From: Orbicella franksi
Taxonomy: Eukaryota
DNA: 64,000 nucleotides
Assembly: GCA_964199315.1 (NCBI GenBank)
Contig: OZ116709.1
Span: 26,288,001-26,352,000, forward strand
Reading direction: 5' to 3'
In this document: in pieces, positions 13,901 through 26,495 of the stretch
How positions within the stretch are numbered: position 1 is the stretch's first letter
Layout of the letters: the number at the start of each line of letters is the position of its first letter
Translations under genes and position numbers: made by a program
Notes under the pieces: generated by a model
Seen by the model: the letters and a program-made list of their open reading frames with translations, nothing else
Databases searched by the model: none
Told to the model about the DNA's origin: nothing

Positions 13901-14304
13901 TCACGTAGCTTGCGTGACGCAGGTTCCGTTGTATGAACGGTGCCAATATAAGAGTTTGTATGGTAATATAACAAACGTATCAGCAGCTACAGAGAGGTAA
14001 ATCACGGTAGACTACGAGTGGTCCCTTTTCCGTCCAGGAAAAAAAAACCGCGATAAAAAAATGGCCGCTTGAAATCTGGTAGCTAGAAAACCAGATTTAA
14101 TTCAAGTGACCTTAAATTACTGATCCTGATCCAGATCACCCCAAAGAAACGCACCATAAGTTACAGGGACCGAAAAGCCATGCGAAAAATGTTTCTTTAT
14201 TTGAGTAACAATGACTTCTTGACCGATTCTAGAATGTCAGATTCTGATATTCACGGCTAGAAATTCTAGTAATATAAATAATATCTTGTTATTACCCTCA
14301 GACC

Positions 14305-16300
14305 ATGACAGCTCGTGTACTAACAACGTTTTGGAGATTTTCATCTGGCTTCCGAACGCCAAGCAGAAAAATAATTGTCCACCTTTCTTCATTGCAAATT
14401 CCAACTGCAACTGCCACCACAGCGAGCATTTTTGAGCCAATACCCAGAGAGGAGCTGGTGACGAAATTCAAGTCGAGGCTAAGAGACAGGCAGTTTCTTC
14501 CAGGCTCCACGGGCGGTGGTTTCCCAGAGTTCCTAGCAGAGCCAAGAGATTCATTCCCACTCGGCGTGCGAGTAAATAATAGGAACCAGTCCTCTCTCGC
14601 GGAGCTGACTGAGAAATGCATGGATTACGTGGAGGAAAACTTCCCACATAGCCCCGCGATATTGTTCCGTGATCTGCCAGCTAAAACAGCAGAGGACTTT
14701 TCGATCATTGCTCAAGCGATTAAAGGGAAAACTTTGACTTACGACGGTGGCACGGCATTTCGGACCCAGATTGACAAAAGTGCCGGGACCTACACGGCCA
14801 GCATCGACCCACCTAGTTATACAATAGAGCCGCACAATGAAATGGCTTTTAATGATGTCTTCCCTTCCAAGGTAAGCTGATACATAGCCTGCTTTGTATT
14901 GTGTTTCGGCGAAAAGAACGGGTGAAAAAAAGGCTAGGGACTTGAGGCGAGAAAGCCCGTTAACTCTCTTTCTTTCTTCCCAAGATCCCCCTCATTCTCG
15001 CGCTCGGCTCGTTCTCCTATTGCTCGCCCCCACAAACCGACAGCCTGGAACAGACTAACTTGTTCAGCTGCTTACTATGTTTCACTTCTTTTGTAGGTGT
15101 TCTTCTTCTGCCTAAAACAGGCTGCTGAAGGCTGCGGTGGTGAAACACCACTTGTGAAAAACAAGGAACTTCTCTCTAAACTTGACTCTGCAGTTGTACG
15201 AAAGTTTGAAGAAAAGAAACTGCGATATGTACGCTACTTGCCGGACAAATCTCGCGGGGATTACATGAACTGGCAGCACGTTTTCTTTACTGAGAACAAA
15301 GAGGTATTGTATACAGAAACAGTCAACCTGTCAATTTTATTCGTAGTGGAGTATAAATTGAAAAACAGTCGCAAAAGTTATCTGTGGAGGCGAACCCTGC
15401 GAGAACACAAAGCCGATTATTTTTCACTTTTTACCCCACTAACAGACAATTTACAGGTTACAGGTTAACAATTACTGAAAAGGGTTTGTCATTTCATAGC
15501 CTTGTTTATATACACTCCACAAGTGAAACGCGTTTTGTGATTGGTCGAGAATGTATCACGTGACACGCAGTTAGACTCATTACGTTGTGCATCTTGCGAT
15601 CACAGCAATGAACGCCTTTTGCATGGACATCGCTAAATTGGTTTTTGAATTGAAAGATAGAACGAAAATAGAAGAAATAATACTGACATCACCGAAAACA
15701 GAGAGGTTTTCATTCTCTTTGACCTCCAATGTTCCCTCATCGCTTTTTTCCGCTCACGCAAGCCTCCCAGAGCCTCTTCAATGGCTGCGGCGAGGCAACG
15801 AGTAGAATTTAGTCGTTTCGTTATATCAGGGTGTTTAACTAAGTTTCAAGAATCATTACCTAGTGTAACAGCGCCTTAACTCTCTTCTGTTTTAGGATGT
15901 CAAGCCCAGAGCGAAACAACAAGGGTACAGTGTCACATGGGACCCGAACGGAGATTTGTACTTATGGCAAAACAGAGATGTCTTCATACATCATCCGCTG
16001 ACCGGAGAGAAAATCTGGTTCAACCAGGCAACGTCGCACAATGGCTCCTACTACAGGGACATGCCAAACTTTCACGGCACAGAGATCCCGGATGATAAGT
16101 TTCCCTGCCACACTTACTACGGCGACGGAAGTGAAATTGAACCGGAAGCGTTGCAGCACATCCGGGCAACAGCGTGGGAATGCGCAGTCGGGTTTCAGTG
16201 GAGAAGTGGCGATCTACTGGTGATGGATAACCTGGCCGTGCAACACTCGCGGATTGGGTTTACGGGCGATAGAAAGGTACTCGCCTATTTGACTGCCTGA
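14305..16300 (+). CDS. TauD/TfdA-family Fe(II)/2-oxoglutarate dioxygenase, DdaC/SyrP-like; exons 14305-14871, 15097-15303, 15896-16300 (392 aa)
   Basis: Two GT-AG phase-0 introns join three ORFs in frame. Motifs: AILFRDLP, EPHNEMAF (HxE iron ligands), GGETPLV, IWFNQA, WRSGDLLVMDNLAVQHSR (distal His) and GDRKVL (2OG Arg). AATAAA at 16338. The R/S/T-rich N-terminus resembles a mitochondrial transit peptide. Confidence 0.9.
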
Positions 16301-17238
16301 CGAAGCAAAGGCGCTTCTGCTTTTGTAAAAGAAGATAAATAAAACACTTGGAATGTTTAATGAAACCGTAACTAAACAAAAACACTCACTGGATATCAAG
16401 AAACAAACGACATCAAAAAATACCTCATCCTCCTTGTCTGTACCGTTTTCAGTCACAATTTCTTAATAACTGCTCGCTACTGCTCATGCTACTTTTGACT
16501 GGAGAACAAGGTTCGATTCAGGAACTAAATGATGCGCATGCTCCAACCAAGATTTTACTGACCATGGCGCTTGTTTTACCGACTGTGACATTCTAGTACC
16601 CAGTGCCCTACCTTATCTTCTCGAAATTTGAGTAACACACACAAAAGAAGAAACTAGAAAACAATAACCTCACGGTATTGGGGTAATTGAGGGTTTATTG
16701 CTCTCGGGTCAGACCTGTTTCAAATAGTATGTTATTTTCGGTATTTTCTTAACAAATTAGTTATACGATTTTTTATCGCAGCAATGACGTTACTTGCAAT
16801 ACAAATATTATATACACTAGTAACTTTACCTATAATAGCGAAATACACGATTTTGTCATTTCTCTTTTAATTATACAACTATCATTACTTGATTATTTTC
16901 TGATGTAATACGTACGAAATCAATTAAGAGGCCACTGCTGTTTTGCACAGCTGTTATATATACCCGTACGTAAGTGATATAATGAAACAACGATCAGTTA
17001 CGCAGGAGGTTTCTCTTATCAAGATGGTTTTCAGGGATGTCCTGGGGTAAATTGAACTTTCATACTATCATTTTAAAACGATAGTACTAAAACAGTGAAA
17101 AAAAATATTGACTAATTAACTTAAACATCGATAAAACGCCTTAACTCTCACAAAACAGCAAAAAAGGCGTAAAGAGAAAACGACCAGTCATCCTGGATTA
17201 ACGAATAATCGTTCCCCACACTATCATCAACGGATCGT

Positions 17239-20200
17239 TTATAGTTTCGCCTTTTGCCCTTGCGCCAGAAATTGAAATACCAAATCAGCGGTGTCTGCTG
17301 CACAGCCCCAGTGAACTGTTAAACCTGAACCACCGTGCCCATAATTATGAACAACCTGAAAAACAGAAAACAAAAGAATAAATCACCATGGCCATAATTA
17401 TGAACACCCGAAAAACCAGAAAAAGAAAAAGAAAAAACCATAGAAGAATGATACGAACGTTTGTTTTAGATGGTTAGTCTTTTCTGTTCTACATTAGTTT
17501 TGTGACACGAGTCAGCGATGTGCGAGGCGAGTGAGAGACCCGTTTAGCCACGCGAGGCGCGTGCGCGACTTGTGTGTCCACGTGAGGCGCGTGTGAGACA
17601 CCTTATGGCCACCCTTTCGGTCTTCTTACTGTGCCAACTTCGACGGTCCTGTCCCGATACGGCCTGGAGAAATAAGAGACTTTAAACATGCGCTCCAAAA
17701 CTAATTGGTAAATTCTATTTATTTATTAATCATATAACGAGTGCTTTATTGCCAGAATTGCAAAACATTTATAGTTCCCCTACTAACTTTGAGACTCCGT
17801 TCTCTTCCAAGTTTGTCCTTAAATTTCATGACCTCTTTTTCAATTCTTGTGCAGGGTCTACCAGGTCGCAGTCCTACCCATGCTTCTAACACTGGAGCTC
17901 GCTGAAGAGAAGAAAAGAAACAAAACATGTCAGACAATGCTAAACCGATCTTCCCAGCCGATTTTATCACGAGCATTGTGCAGCATTTCTTAAAACGTGG
18001 ACGCAGCAGGGTCGAGTGGTTAGGGCGGCGGACTTAAAATCCGGAAGTCGCTTGTGGTTAAGTCCAGCTCTGACCACTAACTGGAATCGTTTCTCGGTAG
18101 ATCCTAGTTCAACCCCTGGGTCATGCTTGAAAATAGCCCACTGATCTGCCTCCTTCCAGTTGGGATTTTTAAGCCTATTATGTTTAGATGATATATTTGT
18201 TTCTTTCTGTTTAAGTGGCATGCCTGTGAACTAGCTAGGTGTAGCTAAGCGCATTGACCACTATAAACAACAATATTTGAATATTTTTTTAAATATTTCA
18301 TCGAGTTAATTACCTTGTGCATACATAGCACCAATGATTAGTGACTGGGATATGGTTAGAAGTTTTGTCATTGATTTTCTTCTCATTTTTTGTCACTGAA
18401 TTCAACATGCCGCTAGCAAAATGCTCAAAACATCAATTTTTCAAGCCTGTGCATGCTTATTAACCAGCCGCGAGGGCCATACTTGTAGGATATCGGCCCT
18501 TATTAAGTCTGTATAGAAAAACCAAGGACCTATGTTCTTTGTTCTTTCAGTCCAGTCCTTACATAAGAGATTTACTAACCAGCTTTTGTGATCGAATTGG
18601 AGCTTGAAGAGCTTTAACCAGTCGCATATTTTCTAGATATAAGACTCACACTCTACTCGACCCAGGGAATTGGCTGTGTAAGGTTATAAGCCTTCTTAGT
18701 TATGTTTAGTCGTGTAATAAACTTATCCTTCTTCATAATCTTCTCATATATAATATTATAAATACACTACATACACTAGTTAAAATCACTCCACTTTTGC
18801 GCTCCGATGATTTACGCTGTCAAACACTTGACTTACTTTTAGACTAGGTATGAGCTTTGACGTGACCTCTAAGATGTGTCTGGTGTCATCAGCGCTAACT
18901 TTTGTGTCGAAGTTATTGTGATATCCAGTTCCCCCGAGAACAACTTCACCATTTGCTCTGAAGAAACAGTAACAAAGTGTCAAGCCTCGTCCACACTACG
19001 CCAGAGGCAATTGAAAACGCAGCTTAATTTCTACGGTTAGGCCTACCGTCCACACTAATCCGTCATGAAAACGGAGCTTTTCAAAAACGCTCTTCAAACC
19101 GCAGAAATTTGAAAACGCCGGCTTTGCGTTTTAGTGTGGACGGAAAACGCTTTGAAAACGGAGCTTTTCGACAACAATGACTTCACGATAATCACGTGAT
19201 CTCCTGCCCGAGTTTTCCTCAAACACAAATCCAAAATGACCGGTGATTGATGCGTTTTCAAATTTCTCTGGCGTAGTGTGGACAGAGAACATTTGATGCA
19301 GAGTTTAGTTTTTACTTGAGGGAGATTATAGATCCTTATTAGGCTCAGCCCTATGATAATAGAAACCCATTCTCATGGGCCCGCAATACACAGATTCCGC
19401 TGACATATTGCCATCCAATATCCAGACCACGTGATGATTCATTTGGGAGGTTACAATGATGCAATCTGCCACATGCAACTGATTTCATAGGAGTGTGTAC
19501 AAAAAGAACAATATTGTAACTTCCCAAATGCATTGATATCCCTTGGGAGGCAACAAGGATTTAAACACATTAGCTGAATCCACCTACGCATGTAGAATGT
19601 TGTAGATGTTCATTGGGCAGTTCCAGAAAAAATCCATACACCCCCCACAGAAGGGAATGGGAATTTCCCAGGGGGTGGGGTTCTGTAATACTGAAAAATT
19701 AAAGAAATGTATGAAGTTCCAGAGGGGTGGGGGGTCTTAGGAAAAATCCCTTTTGTGGGGGACGTATGGATATTTTCCGGGACTACACATTATAAAGAAA
19801 TTTTGATCTTGGTCTTACTGTGGAAGAATATAACAGTATCTTTCCTGCTTTGCAAGGTGTTTATCTTCTTTGAAATAAGCCTCTTTAATCCATGGTGCAT
19901 AAACCTAGAATGAGAATTCAATTAAAAAAATCAACAACAGTGGACCCCATTGATACAAGGTCATTAACAACCACCCTTTGACAATGTGGTGACTGCTGTA
20001 AAAAATGGTAAAGACGCACTAAAGGGGTATCTGTATTACCTTGAAATAAAAAAATAAAAAAAAAACTGCTTAAGCGTTTTTTTTCAGGCAAAAATTAATG
20101 ACTGTGTTGTAACAGCAGACCAATCACAATTCATATAATTATTTGGTTCTTTATCGACTACCATAAACTGCCACTTATAAGCGCCTCTGGTTATAAGCCC

Positions 20201-23200
20201 CTCCGGCTATAGGCCCAATTCTACCTGTAAACTGAAAAATACATCGTGTTATAAGCCTCCCCTCTAACTTTCCTTCTTTTGAATTCGTTTTCAAGCTTAA
20301 TTGCTAGTAAATACAAAACGTATTTTGATCATTTTTTTTATCTCGTTTATAAGCCCACTTGGCTATAAGCCCCCTCAGATATAAGCCTCTCTGTTTATAA
20401 GCTCATCTAAAAGCCCTGGACTTATAAGTGGCAGTTTGTGGTAACTATTCCATCTGAAACAAGACAAAACAATTCCTCAATCAGTGACAGGTGTAGCACT
20501 TCTCATATAAATGATTTCATTAAGCTATTGCATTTGATTTCCTTATTTCAGTTGGGCAAGTCAAACATACATAATCATCATCATCATCATCATCATCATA
20601 ATCAGAATAAGTTCTTGTTGCGCCATGGGATGCATAAGGCCTTAGGTCTAGCATTCTAGTTAGCTCAAACATGTCAGCTTCATAGCTTGCTGGATACATT
20701 TTAGCAAATGGAATGTGCTGTTCTACCTGAAAGAACCACACTGACCAAAACTGGACCATGTGTAATAATTGTAACTGTAACAGTCTTATACGCATACCAC
20801 ATGAGCCAATTTGGGTAACAGTTTCATTTGGCTGTTTGGTATCATGTGCTGTCATTATGGAATAGCAGTGGCTTTGTTATTAAGTTTGGCTTGTAGTAAC
20901 TTCCACTTGTGTGTGAGAAGATCAGTTTATAATCTTTATGTACATGATGAAAACACCATAAAACAGTTAATTAAGCTTACCCTTAAGACTTGACCTCTGA
21001 CAGGATCCATGGAAAGATCATTGACTAATTCCCGAGCTCTCATCCCACAGCAGTTAACGACAACATCATAAAGACCTGCAAGCTTTTAAATAAGCTGACA
21101 CTTAAAGCAGTGAAATTTGATCTGATAACATAATTTTAGTACCTATGCATTTATTCATGAATTTTATTCATTAACAACAATGTCAAGAACAATAAACCCG
21201 AAGCAAATTTTAATGGCATGTGGCACTATGTTCATACTGAGCTCTCATACCTCGTCCAATGAATGTATTGTTTTTTTCACAACAGAACCACCCAGACGTT
21301 GAAATCTGAGAGTGAATAATATGCAGTGCATATACATGTAATGAATCATAACTTGCAGCAACACCTTCAACACATTGTGAGTCTAAAATTTATCAATTGT
21401 TCATGACGAGAAATGCTCAAGAAATGCTTAAAAAATTGCTTTTCAAGTCTGGTGGCAAATGTATTTAAGTCTATCAATTTCATATTGAGTGCATGAAAAA
21501 GAAACCCTGTTACCTTTCAAGAAGCCATGGGTTGTATTGCTTGCCATTAAAAAACAGTGTTCTGAAGGAATATCCAAATCTGCAAGACAGCACAAACATT
21601 AATTAAACAAAAATCAGAGATTAGATTGAGTTTGTCGATCAAGCGGTCCAGGTCCAGGTTCAAGTCCAGGTTCAAGTCCTGGCTGGGGACATTGTGTTTT
21701 TGTGCATGATACTACTTTCACAGTACCTCTCTTCACCCAGGTGTACAAACAGGTACTGGTGAATTGGGTGATTCAAGAGAATATCCATAACATACCACGG
21801 GCAGCATCTTGGAATTCTGAGGGAGAATGGGGGTTTTTTGGATTGGAATTCTATAGGCATGGGGGATAATGCAGTTTGGAATTCCAAATGCATCAGGGGG
21901 GGTTCAGCTCTGAATTTCCGGAGGGGGAAGACAGCGAGAGCTTCGCTCGAAATCACTGATCTGATAACTTTTCCAGTTTGTAAATCAAGCACGAACCGAC
22001 CACAGAAGCATGGTAAAAATCAATCAGGCAGGTGTTAGCAATCACGCAGATGAGTGAGCAGATGGGTTGTGCCGCAAGCCCCTCACCGAAGAGGCCTTAA
22101 AGTTGATGAATTAGATGATTGATTAATGAAATAATTATAAAACAAGTCTGTGTTTCTTTCCGATCTCCCATTTTCAATGATCTTGTTGAGTGGGAAAAAC
22201 TGGCACCAGTCTCTTGTTTCCTAATGGAACACCTGACAGATTTGTAGGCTGCATTACTAGTGGTCAGCAGTTACTCAATGAGCAAAATTTTCAATATGGC
22301 AAGTGACGGCACATTGTGAACTTTACTTTTGCCTTTCACTGGTATCAATATGATCTACTCTCCTGAAAATATGAAGCTAATGAACTGAGAACAAAAAGTC
22401 TTATTTGGTGGTAAGTAACTTAACGATAACACTTAGAAGGAAAAGCTACCTTGTGCTTTATTAAACATTTATAAGAAAGTTGAGTTGCTTGTTTGCTTGA
22501 CTGAAAATTGAGAGCAGAAATTTCTTGGAGGGGGTAAAAAACATTCGTTAGAAATTGTAGGCAGTCAAACATGGTTTCCAAAGGGCCTGAAAAAAATTGG
22601 AAATTCCGGAGGGGAGGAGAGGTTAACAATTTTGGAATTCAATGGACATGAGGATGGGGGGGGGGGGGGTAGACCATTTTGGGATTTCCAAAGGCAAGGG
22701 GGTCTTAAAATGTTCATGCTACCCATGGTAGGGTATGGATATTTTTTGGAATCACCCATTTAATGCTGGAGGTAACCCTACCATTCACTAGCACCCCCTC
22801 AGAGATATTCCTAGTCACTTAATGCTACAGGAACCGGGATAAGCTTCAGCCTGATGGACCACTGAGCTTGTATGCTGACTTTACCTTACCTACCCATTAC
22901 TGACTGATTGATTGTAGGGTTTTCTCTGCTTAAGTTTGCTACGAGTTCTCCTCCATCTTCGAAAACTGACCCTTAATTTTAATTTATGTAATCTGTAGTT
23001 ATTATGTGTGTCAGTTACAAGCAATCTTTTCAAGTGTCTCTCTCCTTGAATGAATCAAATTTTATTGATTGATTTGCATAATGAAAAATGATGTTACATT
23101 GACTTTGATGGTCGTAGAAATTTATCAAGTTCTTTTTAATTTGTGATTAATCAAATAATTAATTCTTGTGATTAATTGAATTAATTATTTTGACCTGCTA

Positions 23201-25029
23201 GTTCATGCAACAATAAAAGCAATAGTAATACTGACTTTGATGGTGGTGGAAACCTATCAAGCTCCTTTTGACTAAGAAGATGATATCCATCCACGCAATC
23301 CTTCCAATAAGGTTCCTGTCAGTAATAAGTACATAAGCTCAACAAAGAAATGTTCTTTTATTAGTGGTCTCTAATTATGTAAAGTAGTTTATTAAAACTC
23401 TCTTGCAGTAAAACAACTGAATTAACGAGTACATTTTACAATCTTAAATTACCTAAAGTACAGTAATTTACAAATATAACAGTGGTACTATTAATTGAGT
23501 CACATAAAATATTTAAGAGGCCTTCCAAGGGGGGTAACCACTTATTAGAGTTTGAGTGGGAGGGGGGGGGGGGAGTGGGGTGGTGGTGGGTGCATGTTCG
23601 AGGCTGGGCGCTTCTTTACTTTTACTGGCTTTAGGGTTGGTGCCTATTCTAGGTGGGTGCTAAATCGAATGAGTAAAACCAGCCAGTTGATACTCAGAAT
23701 ATTAAAATTATAATCATGTGAACATTCAATGCTTAGTTAGTTGATTACACTACAAAAATCACAATAAATTAGACATAACTGATATTTCAGTGGTAAACGT
23801 TAAACTGAAGGGCAATGAATATCAACAAATGCATGACCAATGATCACCAAGCAGATCTGCTTGAAACCCAAAATGCACATAGTCCAAATGCAAAGACCTA
23901 GTGAGCATAAGTCACTTGATCACAATGTCCAATGTTTAGTCTTGGTCAGGAACAAGCTAGGTGAACCTCATTTTTTATTACTGGATTATGATACATAGCG
24001 GGGAGGGGGTGGAGGGTTCAGAGCCATATAAAATAAAACTAGACATACCTCTTCAATTTCATCAAAAATAATATAAGCTGACATTGAGTACAATGCTAGA
24101 TATTGCCCTGCATCTTCTCTCTTTAACAGCTTCTCCAATTCTTTCAGAGTTTCAGAAAACCATCTTCTACATAATTTTCAAACAGAAAGTATATATTAAT
24201 GCATTTTCAAAAGCTTTGAAATTGCTTGTTGAGGTCCCAGGGGGTACTCCTATATAGCTATGAAAGGTATGGTTTTTGGGAAGTTTAGCCTGGGAGAGGG
24301 TATAGAAAACAAACAGTTTTGGTCTAGAATAGGGTATAATTCACCGCAAAAGTGACCGGTGTATAAATAATTTAGTCCAAAATGGGGATCTTTACCCGAG
24401 GTTCTATAACAGAAATTGAAACTATTAGTTAGCTTATGTTGGACTATGATTTTGATAAACATAAGTTTCTGCATTGAAAATAGCTAGTCTGGGATAGGGA
24501 AGGGGTTTTTGGTGCCTAGTCTGGAATAGGGTTGCAAAATCAAGCTGATCATGGTCTAGTATAGGGTAAGGGTTTCAGTATCTCAGCGGCACACCCCTGC
24601 CCAAAGATTTACAGAGTACCCTTGCAGGAATGGAGTTGGCTGGCTATCGAAATTTAACATTTTTGTGCGCGTTCCTTTGGAAATATACGGGACAAAATCA
24701 ATGATCCAAGTGACATCGGATCATGGTGCATCAAAGTAGTCGATGAATCCTTGACCACAGAGGATTCATCCGTTTATTAAAATGTGGTGACCCGGATCAT
24801 CCCAAAGTAGACTGGATCCCTTGGTGAAACAAAAAGCTTACTTCTGTAACGCCAAAGGTGTATTTCCCATCGCAAAAGGCAATATGAGCCCTGCCGCACC
24901 ATCGCTGGTTGTATTGGGAGAAAACGCATCTGCTATTAGTGTGACTTTCAGAGTCGGGTCTCTTTCAAGAATGGTCACCGCTGAAGAAAGACCGATAACT
25001 CCCGCTCCAACCACCGCGATGGAAGCCAT
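17239..25029 (-). CDS. DAO/DDO: D-amino-acid oxidase / D-aspartate oxidase family flavoenzyme, 348 aa; exons 25029-24842, 24166-24049, 23315-23236, 21579-21514, 21305-21251, 21082-20981, 19904-19819, 18957-18837, 17901-17788, 17355-17239
   Basis: Ten GT-AG exons with consistent phases total 1047 nt. Motifs: [14 protein letters not shown] (FAD binding), [45 protein letters not shown], and C-terminal AKL (PTS1). Confidence 0.95.
17998..18270 (+). mobile_element. tRNA-derived SINE in an oxidase intron
   Basis: A-box-like GGTCGAGTGGTTAGGGCG, degenerate B-box and an AT-rich 3' end; no intact cloverleaf. Confidence 0.6.
18983..19287. mobile_element. PIF/Harbinger-like MITE (same family as 61960-62330)
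   Basis: TIR-like ends GCCTCGTCCACACTACGCCAGAG / CTCTGGCGTAGTGTGGAC. The internal sequence is nearly identical to 62040-62260. Confidence 0.65.
19611..19790. repeat. Short MITE-like repeat; related degenerate copies at about 21780-21925 and 22570-22760
   Basis: Inverted ends TTCCAGAAAAAATCCATAC / GTATGGATATTTTCCGG; shared GGAATTCC and G-run motifs among the copies. Confidence 0.5.
20575..20655 (-). mobile_element. Very short 3' end of an RTE-like LINE with (GAT)n tail
   Basis: Minus strand reads GCCTTATGCATCCCATGGCGCAACAAGAAC...(GAT)n. This explains the poly-His and poly-Asp ORFs in the track. Confidence 0.45.
21650..21775 (+). mobile_element. SINE fragment (CORE-like); a related 3' segment lies at about 22760-22890
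   Basis: Repeated GGTTCAAGTCC B-box, followed by GGGGACATTGTG...CACAGTACCTCTCTTCACCCAGGTGTA. Confidence 0.45.
24236..24622. mobile_element. MITE related to 33030-33871, in oxidase intron 1
   Basis: CCCAGGGGGGTACTCC start. Shared internal strings (GGTATGGTTTT, GGTCTAGAATAGGGT, CAGCGGCACACCCC) with the 33-kb copy. Confidence 0.55.
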
Positions 25030-25062
25030 GCTACTTGGTAACCAGGCGCTGGTCACGCGCGA

Positions 25063-26495
25063 GGTTGTGCCTAAATCCAACGCTCAGAAGGACAACCGAG
25101 GAGTACTAGGAGCGAGTTTCCGAGTCGAGCAGTTTTCGGAAATTGTCGGCTATTCCAATATGGCGGACTATACCAATCACATAATATGCGAATTGCCAGT
25201 GGTAAAACTTTGTTGATCAACAAGACAAGTACGTTTTCATTTACCTGACATGTTAAGAATAATGTGTAGAGAGTAAAGCAGTGAATTGTTCGGCAAAATG
25301 CTGTATATTTCTTTAGGTCTCTTCCCGTCTAGTTCGCAAACCGTAAATTTGCACGCTAACATGACATTGTAGACGTCTTTGACTTAGGCACAAGAGTTTT
25401 TAAATACTTCTTTCCTTGAGGACAATTTTTTTATTGAGCTCTTGATTTGGTGGATCCCCGAATTCAAACTTCCTTTGCCTTGTCCCTCTGGCCGGTAGGA
25501 TCTTAAAAATACTACCGGCCAGAGGGACAGTTTGTGTATAAGGTAATTGCACTTAAGTCCATGCACAGTTTTATTTGTAGAATAGTTTGATGCATTGCTC
25601 TTTAGCTTTATACAACACTAGAATCACTCTACAGTAATATTTTCAGTTTTCTGTGATCTTGTCCCTCTGGCCAGTAGGATCTTGAAAATACTACTGGCCA
25701 GAGGGACAGTTTGTGTATAAGGTAATTGGACTTAAGTCCATGCACAGTTTTATTTGCAGAATAGTTTGATACATTGCTCTTTAGTTTTATACCACACTAG
25801 AATCACTCTACAGTAATATTTTCAGTTTTCTGTGATCTTGTCCCTCTGGCCGGTAGGATCTTGAAAATACTACTGGCCAGAGGGACAAGATCACAGAAAA
25901 CTGAAAATATTACTGTAGAGTGATTCTAGTGTGGTATAAAAGTAAAGAGCAATGTATCAAACTATTCTGCAGATAAAACTGTGCATGGACCTAAGTCCAA
26001 TTACCTTATACACAAGCTGTCCTTCTGGCCGGTAGTATTTTTAAGATCCTACCGGCCAGAGGGACAAGGCAAAGGAAGCTTGAATTCGGGGATCCACCGA
26101 ATCAAGAGCTCAATAAAAAAATTGTCCTCAAGGAAAGAAGTATTTAAAAACTCTTGTGCCTAAGTCAAAGACGTCTACAATGTCATGTTAGCGTGCAAAT
26201 TTACGCAGATTTACGGTTTGCGAACTAGACGGGAAGAGACCTAAAGAAATATACAGCATTTTGCCGAACAGTTCACTACTTTACTCTCTACACATTATTC
26301 TTAACATGTCAGGTGAATGAAAACGTACTTGTCTTGTTGATCAACATAGTTTTACCACTGGCAGTTCGCATATTATGTGATTGGTATAGTCCGCCATATT
26401 GGAATAGCCGACAATTTCCGAAAACTGCTCGACTCGGAAACTCGTTCCTAGTACTCCTCGGTTGTCCTTCTGAGCGGTTGGATTTAGGCACAACC
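25063..26495. mobile_element. Foldback (Mutator/FB-like) non-autonomous DNA transposon, 1433 bp, almost fully palindromic
   Basis: Ends GGTTGTGCCTAAATCCAA...TTGGATTTAGGCACAACC. Perfect 9-bp TSD CACGCGCGA at 25054-25062 and 26496-26504. Inverted arms of about 600 bp. Internal 179-bp modules each carry a 49-bp hairpin, at 25481, 25660, 25839 (symmetry centre) and 26018 (inverted). Confidence 0.9.

Noticed and set aside
17505-17600. GC-rich CACG(C/T)GAGGCGCGTG short tandem in the last oxidase intron
   Set aside because: Only two or three degenerate copies, with no TIR, TSD or structure to support a functional call.
25481-26066. Regularly spaced palindromic 49-bp repeats resembling a CRISPR array
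   Set aside because: The spacers are copies of each other rather than unique, one unit is inverted, the array is internal to a TSD-flanked foldback element, there are no cas genes, and the context is eukaryotic.
25063-26495. Giant palindrome as an assembly fold-back artefact
   Set aside because: The arms differ by substitutions and small indels, module number is asymmetric, and a perfect 9-bp TSD with unique flanks is present.
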